This document shows positions 47,182-55,401 of a stretch of 64,000 nucleotides of DNA, piece after piece. The stretch comes from Spirochaetia bacterium (GTDB taxonomy: Bacteria > Spirochaetota > Leptospiria > Turneriellales > JAOUFE01). Made by a program: the position numbers and the translations under genes. The stretch spans positions 58,141 through 122,140 of the forward strand of contig JAOUFY010000002.1 in the NCBI GenBank assembly GCA_029857955.1, given 5' to 3'. The notes under the pieces are model-generated. The model was not told where the DNA came from, did no database searches, and saw nothing but the letters and a program-made list of their open reading frames with translations. How positions within the stretch are numbered: the first letter of the stretch is position 1; each line of letters opens with the position of its first letter.

Positions 47182-48360
47182 TCAATGCTTTTGATGAAAA
47201 TGTACCGATTCCTGGTAAAAAGGATCGCCTACAGGTTCAGGGTTTACTTTTGCATAAGCATTTAATACAGAATAACCGATTATACCTACTGCACCCAAAA
47301 ATAATCCGAATTCCATCCATTTAAATGGAAATCCATGTATATTATTTTCTTGAATTCCACCATAAACTAACCAAACTACATCAACAAATCCTATAAAAAT
47401 ATTCCATGCTGCTACTCTTGATAACATAACATAGTTTCTTTTCAGTTTACTTGAAAGAAGTATTAATAATGGTAATGCAAAATGTGTTAACCATAAAAAT
47501 ACTGTAAATGAAGCCCAAACTCCATGTAAACGTCTTTCAAGATAAACTGTTTCCTCTGGTAAATTTGCATACCAGGTTAACATGTGTTGTGAAAAAGCAA
47601 CATAACCCCAGTAACCGGTAAAGGCCAACTGGAACTTACCAAGGTCATGAAAATGTTCTTCATTCATACTTTTTAAGCCACCATTACTTTTAATAGCGCT
47701 TGTAATTAATATTACATAGGCAAAACCTGTAAACCAAATTCCTGCCATGCAATACATGGGAAACATAGTTGTTTGCCAATGTGGTTCTAATGACATAATT
47801 AAATCCATAGATGCGACTTCAAGAAAATAAGCAAAAATAATTAGAAAAGCAGCGCTTATTGCAGCGAGTACTCCTCGAGATGGTCCATTATGTCCTTCAT
47901 CTTGCTTGATAGATAACTTTCTCATATAATAGGCAACTGCAAACCATGACGTTAAATATACAACAGCTCTAATTATAAAAAAAGGTCTATTTAAATATGC
48001 TGATTTTCTTTGTAATATATGATCATTGTTCATAATATCTTCGTGAGTCCACTCATATAAATTATGCATTCCAAATATTAAAATAATAGCAACCAATACA
48101 GCCGCTACAATAATTAAATACAACATGGATTCCGGTACCCTTCTAAATACCACAGACCATTTAGAACCTGATACAAAATGTAACGCTGTAAAAAATCCGC
48201 CAAATAAACCTACACCCAGTATATAATACGCTGTGACAAGTAAACCCGCCCATGCCCTTTGTGAATCTACGATAAACCCGACTAATAAACTTGCTACACC
48301 AATAGCAATAAGTACATAAAAAATATTATTTAACTTAAGAGGTACTTTAAATTTTTCCAT
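47182..48360 (-). CDS. actF: Alternative Complex III subunit ActF (polytopic membrane subunit)
   Basis: 392 aa, about 10 TM helices. Last gene of the act cluster, following the monoheme ActE. Confidence 0.65.
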   Translation of the reverse strand: MEKFKVPLKLNNIFYVLIAIGVASLLVGFIVDSQRAWAGLLVTAYYILGVGLFGGFFTALHFVSGSKWSVVFRRVPESMLYLIIVAAVLVAIILIFGMHNLYEWTHEDIMNNDHILQRKSAYLNRPFFIIRAVVYLTSWFAVAYYMRKLSIKQDEGHNGPSRGVLAAISAAFLIIFAYFLEVASMDLIMSLEPHWQTTMFPMYCMAGIWFTGFAYVILITSAIKSNGGLKSMNEEHFHDLGKFQLAFTGYWGYVAFSQHMLTWYANLPEETVYLERRLHGVWASFTVFLWLTHFALPLLILLSSKLKRNYVMLSRVAAWNIFIGFVDVVWLVYGGIQENNIHGFPFKWMEFGLFLGAVGIIGYSVLNAYAKVNPEPVGDPFYQESVHFHQKH

Positions 48361-48376
48361 ATGATTTGCCTTCCCT

Positions 48377-49003
48377 TTATTTCATTGCTTCTATTTGTAA
48401 ATATTTAACATAATGCGCAATTGCCCATCTGTCAATTTCTGGTACCTGGGTAGCATAACTTTTCATTACGTTAATTCCTGTTGTAGTTACTAAAAAGATT
48501 CTTTCTACACTCCAGGTTTCGGTTCTAACCGGCTCTGTTTTATTTGGTCTTGCTATTGCTTTTATATTGTCAAATTTTGCTTTAACAAGTCCGTCACCTT
48601 TTCCGCCATAACCATGACAGGGTGAACAATAAATATTAAATCTTTGCTTACCACGTTCTAATGTAGCTTCATCACTTTTTAATGGACTGCTAATCATATG
48701 TGATCCAATTTCCTGCTCATCAGGGTTTGACGTTATTGTAAATCCGTTGATATTATAAGTAATATCCTGTTCATCTAAAACATAAGCTCCCGGTATTGTT
48801 CTATTAAATTTTGCATTTAAAAACTTATGTGCAATGGTATAATCTGGCGGAAATCGATTACCAGGTCTGTTTCCAATTGCATCAAATTTTTGACTGTCCA
48901 ATGCAGGGGAATACGCCATATCCATAAAATAATGGAATTTTCTTCTTATAGAGTTACAGCTAACCACGTTCGCTATAAGTATTAGTATTATTATTTTTTT
49001 CAT
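48377..49003 (-). CDS. actE: Alternative Complex III subunit ActE (monoheme cytochrome c lipoprotein)
   Basis: Lipobox-like LIANVVSC. Single heme motif CSPCHG. 208 aa. Confidence 0.7.
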   Translation of the reverse strand: MKKIIILILIANVVSCNSIRRKFHYFMDMAYSPALDSQKFDAIGNRPGNRFPPDYTIAHKFLNAKFNRTIPGAYVLDEQDITYNINGFTITSNPDEQEIGSHMISSPLKSDEATLERGKQRFNIYCSPCHGYGGKGDGLVKAKFDNIKAIARPNKTEPVRTETWSVERIFLVTTTGINVMKSYATQVPEIDRWAIAHYVKYLQIEAMK

Positions 49004-49030
49004 AATCTCACATCCTCATGTTTTATTTGT

Positions 49031-49579
49031 TTATACTTTAACAGGATTTATATCGGTATAAAGTCCCTGCAGTAACTTTTCAACATCAGACTTACTCATA
49101 TCGTCGCCGATCCAAATTGCAAAACCGTCAGATGTAACAGTATTTACTACTGGCCTTCTTGAACTTTTACCCAATCTTCCCAGATATAATGTTATACCAA
49201 GCGTAGCAAAGGCTGTAAACAATACTGTTAATTCAAACGTAATTGGTAGATATATGGGCCATGAAAATGGCGGCTTACCGCCAATTATCCTTGGCCAACT
49301 AGATGTATCAATCCATGTCATTGAAGAAAACGCAAATGTACCGCCAGTTAATGCCCCAATTGCTGATATAAATGGCACCCACGATCGGCTTAATCCCATG
49401 GCTTCCTGTAAATTATGTATTGGAAAAGGAGTAAAACAGTCGAATCGTTTTATTCCTGCATCTCGTACTTTTTCTGCGCCCTTGATAAGGCTTTCCGCAT
49501 CTTTTATTACGATAACCCAACCTTTATCAGGTTCCTCATATCGATATAATCCTTTTTTAACATCTTCAAAACTAGTCAT
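49031..49579 (-). CDS. actD: Alternative Complex III subunit ActD (DUF3341 membrane protein)
   Basis: AEKVRDAGIKRFDCFTPFPIHNLQEAMGL...GGKPPFSWP..ITFELTVLF matches the DUF3341/ActD pattern. Confidence 0.7.
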   Translation of the reverse strand: MTSFEDVKKGLYRYEEPDKGWVIVIKDAESLIKGAEKVRDAGIKRFDCFTPFPIHNLQEAMGLSRSWVPFISAIGALTGGTFAFSSMTWIDTSSWPRIIGGKPPFSWPIYLPITFELTVLFTAFATLGITLYLGRLGKSSRRPVVNTVTSDGFAIWIGDDMSKSDVEKLLQGLYTDINPVKV

Positions 49580-49623
49580 CTTTTTCCTCCCAAGTTTTTT
49601 TGATCAATAGACTAACCTGATTG

Positions 49624-51015
49624 TTAGTGACCAAAACCCTTTGCTTTATCGCCAGCCTCATCAGCCTTTAATTCAGCAACCGCTATTTGTGGCAATGCAC
49701 GTACAAATATAAGATACCAAAAAAAGAACCAACCAAATGATCCAACCAGCATGGCATAATCAAAAAAAGTTGGTACGTATAAATCCCAGCTTGATGGTAA
49801 GTAGTCTCTGTGAAGAGATGTAACGATGATAACAAATCTCTCAAACCACATACCAATATTCACCACAATGGATATTGCAAATAAAACATATATATTTGTG
49901 CGCAGTTTTTTAAACCACATAAAATGTGGCGAAACAACATTACATGTAAACATCGTCCAAAATGACCAAGCATACGGACCTTTTAATCTATTTAAAAATA
50001 CATACTGCTCCATATCATTGGCGCTGTAATATGCCATGACAAATTCAGTTGTGTATGCAAAAGATACCATCATTCCCGTAAGTAAAATTACGAGAGCCAT
50101 ATTTTCAAGGTGTTTTAAGGTGACATATTGTTTTAAACCAAATACTTCTCTTGAAATAATCATAATTGTCATCACCATTGCAAATCCCGAATAAATCGCA
50201 CCAGCAACAAAGTAAGGCGGAAATATTGTTGCGTGCCAACCAGGAATCACTGAAGTAGCAAAGTCAAATGATACAATCGAGTGTACTGAAAATACCAAAG
50301 GTGTAGAAATAGCTGCCAGAATTAACACCATTTTCTCATAATGAATCCATGTTTTCGCCGATCCTACCCAACCTATGGAAAGTATATTAACTACATTTTT
50401 TCGAAGCTTCAATAACGTATTACCTAATTTAGTTTTTGCTTCAATATTGACCAATCGATCTCTCATTGTCGCAAGATCAGGTACCAGCCCCATGTACCAA
50501 AAGATCAAAGAAACGGTAAAATAAGTTGAAATCGCAAAAACATCCCACAATAAAGGAGAACGAAAATTCACCCATAGAGGTCCTCTCTCATTAGGATACG
50601 GAAAGAAGAAAAATATTAACCATGGTCGACCTAAGTGAAGAACTGGAAATGTTAATGCTGTCATTACAGCAAAAATCGTCATTGCTTCAGCTGCCCTATT
50701 GATCGTAGTTCTCCATCTTTGCCTAAATAAATATAAAATTGCTGAAATTAACGTTCCAGCATGACCAATACCTATCCAAAAAACAAAGTTGATGATGTAA
50801 AATCCCCAACCCACCGGCGTGTTGATAGCAAAAATTCCAAGACCTTTGACAAAACTATAGCCAGCAATTGACCAAAACATCACAACCCCAGCTGTCGCCA
50901 AACCAAAAGCTATATACCATAATTTCGTAGGAAAACTTTCAAGAGGTTTTAATATATCATTATCTATTTCTCTATCAGGTTTACCGATATTATAAACATT
51001 TTCTAGTGCACTCAT
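49624..51015 (-). CDS. actC: Alternative Complex III subunit ActC (NrfD/PsrC-like quinol-interacting membrane subunit)
   Basis: 463 aa, polytopic NrfD-type. Directly downstream of the Fe-S/molybdopterin-like subunit. Confidence 0.8.
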   Translation of the reverse strand: MSALENVYNIGKPDREIDNDILKPLESFPTKLWYIAFGLATAGVVMFWSIAGYSFVKGLGIFAINTPVGWGFYIINFVFWIGIGHAGTLISAILYLFRQRWRTTINRAAEAMTIFAVMTALTFPVLHLGRPWLIFFFFPYPNERGPLWVNFRSPLLWDVFAISTYFTVSLIFWYMGLVPDLATMRDRLVNIEAKTKLGNTLLKLRKNVVNILSIGWVGSAKTWIHYEKMVLILAAISTPLVFSVHSIVSFDFATSVIPGWHATIFPPYFVAGAIYSGFAMVMTIMIISREVFGLKQYVTLKHLENMALVILLTGMMVSFAYTTEFVMAYYSANDMEQYVFLNRLKGPYAWSFWTMFTCNVVSPHFMWFKKLRTNIYVLFAISIVVNIGMWFERFVIIVTSLHRDYLPSSWDLYVPTFFDYAMLVGSFGWFFFWYLIFVRALPQIAVAELKADEAGDKAKGFGH

Positions 51016-51036
51016 ACTTTCTCCTTCCGTACTCTG

Positions 51037-54000
51037 TTAACCTTTATTCATAATCCTGGTTAAATAATTAACTCTAGGTTTAACATTTACCTCTTCTAAC
51101 ATTCTATAGGATCTTTCAGTTGCAGCTAATTGTGCAACCGTTTTGGTTTTATCACCTAAATCGCCAAATGTAATCGCATTAGATGGACAACCCTGTTGAC
51201 ATGCTGTCTTCAGGTCATCTTCGTTAATCTTATGACCATCATTTTTGGCCATTTGTCTCTGTTCATTTATTCTTTGTACACAAAATGAACATTTTTCAAT
51301 AACCCCGCGACCTCTGACAGTAACATCAGGATTTAAAGACATTTGCATTGGATCTTTTAACTTTCCATATTGATTTTCAAACCAGTTAAAACGTCTTACT
51401 TTAAAAGGACAGTTGTCAGAACAATATCTTGTTCCAACGCATCTATTATAGGTCATATCGTTTAGACCTTCTGAACTATGTGAAGTTGCTCCTACCGGAC
51501 AAACATTTTCGCATGGAGCATTCTCACAATGTTGGCACATTACCGGCGCAAAATGTGTACTTGGATTAGATGGCTCACCTTCATAATAACGGTCAATTCT
51601 CAACCAACTCATTTCACGACCACGCCATACTTCTGATTTACCGGTTACTGGTATATTATTTTCAGAATAACAGCTCATAACACATGCAGAGCAACCCGTA
51701 CACTTGCTTAAATCTATAGTCATACCCCATTTATACACGTCTGAATTGGTTTCGAGGGCATAGTTTTGTAATGGATACAAACCCTTTCCTTCCAGTTTAT
51801 GCTCATGATTACCAGCTCTTTTATCTTTTTTATAATCTTTTAACTCTGCGTATCGAACAAGAGCTCTACCTTCCATTTCATGATGTCTTTGAGTAGTTGC
51901 AAGCTCATAACCACCTTTTACTTTTTGTACGGATACTAGAATACCAGTATATTTTGTTCCTGTACTTGAGAATTTAGCTAATTTTAGCGCATTAACGCCT
52001 AAACCTTTCGCAATATTTCCAAGCTCGTCATGACCATAACCAATAGCAATGGCAACGCTGCCTTTTGGGATACCTGGTTGTACATACAATGGAATATGAA
52101 CTTCTTTTTCACCATTCTTTAAACTTAAAATATCTCCCATTCTCCATCCATTCGATTTAGCATCCTCTGTAGAAACCGCAACAAAGTTTTCCCATACGAT
52201 TTTAGTAATTGGATCAGGTAATTCATGACGGAAAGCATTATTACCGCCCTGTCCATCACCAATTTGAATGCTTTCATACAATGATAAAGTAAATCCAGAG
52301 GCATCTTTTTGTGTTTTCCCAACACCAGCCAGTGCATTTGCATTAAAACCACGAGCTCCAGAGTACCCTGAAGTTTTTCTGCTAACAAAATAACCATCTG
52401 CCAGAGTTTGATCCCATAATTTTGCAAAATTGCCAGAAAGATACGATGGTGCACTATTTGCTTTTATAAACTGATAGTAACTCATATTTGAACCCTGTAA
52501 ATGCAACCATGCATCACCAGGAGAAAGTGTATCAAACAATGTACGCAACACTGGTTGAGCAATTGTGTACACACCTGTTGTGTATGCATCATTCCATGAC
52601 TCAAATGAATGACTCAAAGCGATTACAATGTTTGACTTAACTGTACTTTCATCCATAAAATATGAAAGACTAATTACATTTTTAACCTTGCTTAATGCTT
52701 CTAAAACACCTGAATCCGCAGGAAGATCAAAAACGGGATTAACACGATCAAGAATCAATACATCAACTTTTCCATTGTTCATTTCTTGAATTAAATTATT
52801 TAATTCAAAATTACCTGCAAGACTATCCAAATCTGCAGCCGGTACGTCTGATAAAATTGTTGATCCATCATTTCCAAGAATTGAATTTAATAGATTTATC
52901 ACAATCTCTAATTCGCCTGAAATTTCAGACCTTGAGGAAACACCGCCGCCAACTACGATTGAATTGCCAGCATACTTTTTTAATTCATCTGCCAGTCCCT
53001 TGATTTTATCAATATTTAAACCTGTTATTTCGGATGTTTTCTCTGGCGTATAGTCACGAACTGCTGCCAAAATTGCACCGTTTCCAGCATATACACTAAA
53101 AGGCAATAGTAAATTGGCAAGTCCTAATGCCAGAGCAACGTGAGTACCTGAATTAATCGGCATTCTATCATCTGCATTAGCGCCAGTTAGACTCATCATA
53201 CTTTCAGCTACGATAAGTCTGTTCATTTTTTTATCAGGACTTCGAAGATTTGAATAACGCTTGGTATTTACTTCAGGTGATATCCATGTACCTAGAAAAT
53301 CACCTTCGATAGATAAAATTAATTCTGCCTTATCAAATCGATATTGAGGTATAATTGATTTTCCATAGCTTTTTCTTTGAGCTTCAACATAGGATTGCAT
53401 TGTACCTGAAAAATCATAAACAATTTGTTTAGCCTGCGGTTTACTTCGTAAAAAACCATTGATTACACTTTTATCTGCAGGGCTAAAACTCTGTCTTGAC
53501 AGTATTCTAATGGTTTGTCCACCATTAATCACTTCATTTGCCTGTATTATGGCATCGGCGGTTGAAATATCAACGTGTTTATCACCTTTTTTAATTTTAG
53601 AAGATTTTAATCTATCCGGATCATATAAGTCCCATATACTTGAAAAAGCATCTGCGGTCATCGCACCCTGATTGATTGGATGATCATCATGTCCGTCAAT
53701 TTTAATCGGTTTACCTTCTCTTGTTTTAACCAATACCGGAACTACACCTCGTGAACTTGTTAATGCTGTAGCATAATAAGCAGCTATACCAGGTTGAGCT
53801 TCAGGAGCTCTTACAAGATATGGCATAATTTTTTCAACTGGTTCTCTGGAACACTTTAAACCAGCCATTCCAATCGAAGCCCCCATTATACCAAGAAATT
53901 TTTTTCTGTCGAGTTTATAACCGATACCTTTATCGATTAATTCCTGTACTGTTCCAGAAAATTCCTGACTTTTATCATCCCATTTATTTTCATACTTTGC

Positions 54001-54069
54001 TCGATCTTTTGATTCAACCGAACGCCACATTTTTTTTTCTTGATATTTTGATTTCATAAATTTGATCAC
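51037..54069 (-). CDS. actB: Alternative Complex III subunit ActB (molybdopterin-oxidoreductase-like domain fused to a 4Fe-4S ferredoxin domain)
   Basis: Tat-like DRKKFLGIMGASIGMAG. A large MopB-like domain. C-terminal Cys clusters CTGCSACVMSC, CQHCENAPCENVCP, CVGTRYCSDNCP and CSFC...CQQGCP. Confidence 0.9.
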   Translation of the reverse strand: MIKFMKSKYQEKKMWRSVESKDRAKYENKWDDKSQEFSGTVQELIDKGIGYKLDRKKFLGIMGASIGMAGLKCSREPVEKIMPYLVRAPEAQPGIAAYYATALTSSRGVVPVLVKTREGKPIKIDGHDDHPINQGAMTADAFSSIWDLYDPDRLKSSKIKKGDKHVDISTADAIIQANEVINGGQTIRILSRQSFSPADKSVINGFLRSKPQAKQIVYDFSGTMQSYVEAQRKSYGKSIIPQYRFDKAELILSIEGDFLGTWISPEVNTKRYSNLRSPDKKMNRLIVAESMMSLTGANADDRMPINSGTHVALALGLANLLLPFSVYAGNGAILAAVRDYTPEKTSEITGLNIDKIKGLADELKKYAGNSIVVGGGVSSRSEISGELEIVINLLNSILGNDGSTILSDVPAADLDSLAGNFELNNLIQEMNNGKVDVLILDRVNPVFDLPADSGVLEALSKVKNVISLSYFMDESTVKSNIVIALSHSFESWNDAYTTGVYTIAQPVLRTLFDTLSPGDAWLHLQGSNMSYYQFIKANSAPSYLSGNFAKLWDQTLADGYFVSRKTSGYSGARGFNANALAGVGKTQKDASGFTLSLYESIQIGDGQGGNNAFRHELPDPITKIVWENFVAVSTEDAKSNGWRMGDILSLKNGEKEVHIPLYVQPGIPKGSVAIAIGYGHDELGNIAKGLGVNALKLAKFSSTGTKYTGILVSVQKVKGGYELATTQRHHEMEGRALVRYAELKDYKKDKRAGNHEHKLEGKGLYPLQNYALETNSDVYKWGMTIDLSKCTGCSACVMSCYSENNIPVTGKSEVWRGREMSWLRIDRYYEGEPSNPSTHFAPVMCQHCENAPCENVCPVGATSHSSEGLNDMTYNRCVGTRYCSDNCPFKVRRFNWFENQYGKLKDPMQMSLNPDVTVRGRGVIEKCSFCVQRINEQRQMAKNDGHKINEDDLKTACQQGCPSNAITFGDLGDKTKTVAQLAATERSYRMLEEVNVKPRVNYLTRIMNKG

Positions 54070-54086
54070 TCCTTAATAAAAATTCA

Positions 54087-54668
54087 TCAATAATGGCAGG
54101 TGCTACAATCGACACGAGCTCCCAATGCCTTATTCTCCCGATGACAACTTATGCAGAATCCCATATTCAATGGTTTTACTTGCTCAACAACTTCCATAGT
54201 TGCGATATCGCCATGACATGGCTTACAAGCCTCTTTAGTAGCTTGACCTGGTTTTAATAGCGCATGAATATGAGGTTGATGTGAAAAACGTACGTGATCT
54301 GGAAGATTATGTATTCTTATCCATTCTGGAACTTTATTGTCCTCCCAGTATTTACGCAATTTTTTAATTTCCCCAGTATAAAATGCATCCGTTTTTTTAT
54401 CTCCTGTATCTACATTATCACCAACAATTTCATGGCAGTTAAAACATATGTTCAAGCTCGGTACTGCAGCCTTTTTACCCATGGTAACACCAGTATGACA
54501 ATACTGACAATCCATATTGTATTTACCGGCATGTACTTTATGACTGTATTGTATAGGCTGTATTGGAGCGTATCCAACTCTTGGATTTGGCGGGTAGCCC
54601 ATCATTACCCAAATAAATCCGCTAATCAGTACAACTGGGATACCAATTTTTAATAACTTACTTTTCAT
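54087..54668 (-). CDS. actA: Alternative Complex III subunit ActA (pentaheme cytochrome c, membrane anchored)
   Basis: Five CxxCH motifs (CQYCH, CFNCH, CKPCH, CISCH, CSTCH). N-terminal TM helix. Confidence 0.85.
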   Translation of the reverse strand: MKSKLLKIGIPVVLISGFIWVMMGYPPNPRVGYAPIQPIQYSHKVHAGKYNMDCQYCHTGVTMGKKAAVPSLNICFNCHEIVGDNVDTGDKKTDAFYTGEIKKLRKYWEDNKVPEWIRIHNLPDHVRFSHQPHIHALLKPGQATKEACKPCHGDIATMEVVEQVKPLNMGFCISCHRENKALGARVDCSTCHY

Positions 54669-54705
54669 AATTCACCTTTCATATTAAATTTTATTATATC
54701 ATTCT

Positions 54706-55077
54706 CTATTCTACAGAACTTGCTGCTAAAGATTTAACATATTCTGCAACTTGAGTAATTTGTTCATCAGTTAAAACTTCTGCCCAGCTTGGCATAGCCG
54801 TGCCTTCAAGACCTTCATTAATTGTTCTTTTTACTTCTTCAATACTTGATCCATATTTAAACCCATCTTTTTTATAATTTCTTGGTTTTGGATTTAATGC
54901 TGCAGCGCCAGGTCCATCACCTTCACCACTAATCCCGTGACAGGCTGAACAGTTTGCTTCATAGATATTTTTACCATTTTCAATGGATTCATCGGCTTTC
55001 TTTTTTTTATTACATTGTAGAGTAATTAAAGAAAGAACGCCTAATAAACATAAAAATGTAATTGTTTTTTTTATCAT
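54706..55077 (-). CDS. Class I c-type cytochrome (monoheme, probable lipoprotein)
   Basis: CSACHG plus a distal Met (GTAMPSW). Probable start at the second Met (MIKKTITFLCLLGVLSLITLQC), which has a lipobox-like LQC. The track ORF extends to 55095. Confidence 0.8.
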   Translation of the reverse strand: MIKKTITFLCLLGVLSLITLQCNKKKKADESIENGKNIYEANCSACHGISGEGDGPGAAALNPKPRNYKKDGFKYGSSIEEVKRTINEGLEGTAMPSWAEVLTDEQITQVAEYVKSLAASSVE

Positions 55078-55291
55078 AATACTCTTTACTCCCATAATGT
55101 GTTTTATCTATTTTTAATAAACACAAAAATAAACTGACTTTTTTATTTTTTTTTAGTCGGTTTATATCCAATCTCAATGTCACTTAAAATATATTATTTC
55201 ATACGTCTATTTTTTTTTAAATTAATACTTGCATTAACCAAAAAAAATAATATTAGACTTTCGTAATATTGTTATTAATATTTTACTTCTT

Positions 55292-55318
55292 TAAGATATG
55301 TAAAAAAATCGTCGATAA
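55292..55318 (+). promoter_or_regulatory. Candidate sigma-28 (FliA)-type promoter upstream of the acidic-protein/fliM operon
   Basis: TAAG-N15-GTCGATAA, against the consensus TAAA-N15-GCCGATAA. Lies about 85 nt upstream of ATG 55402. A sigma-70-like TTGACA at about 55353 is an alternative. Confidence 0.25.
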
Positions 55319-55401
55319 TGTTAAAATGTTAGTTGGATCTTAAGTAAAAACTTGACAAGAACTTGCTAAATATGCATTAATTAAATAAAACGAGCTTAAG
55401 T

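Noticed and set aside
47083-47182. tRNA-Gly as an integration site for a genomic island
   Set aside because: There is no integrase, transposase or phage gene, and I could see no direct repeat of the tRNA 3' end. The flanking genes are housekeeping (ACIII, ribE).
46490-47185. 231-aa ORF in the track (MILYRGRGVTVAQKPSKLLEWVRVPSPAINLDNN + riboflavin synthase)
   Set aside because: The first 34 codons are a read-through of the tRNA-Gly gene (47102-47172). The canonical riboflavin synthase N-terminus MFTGIVEETG starts at ATG 47083.
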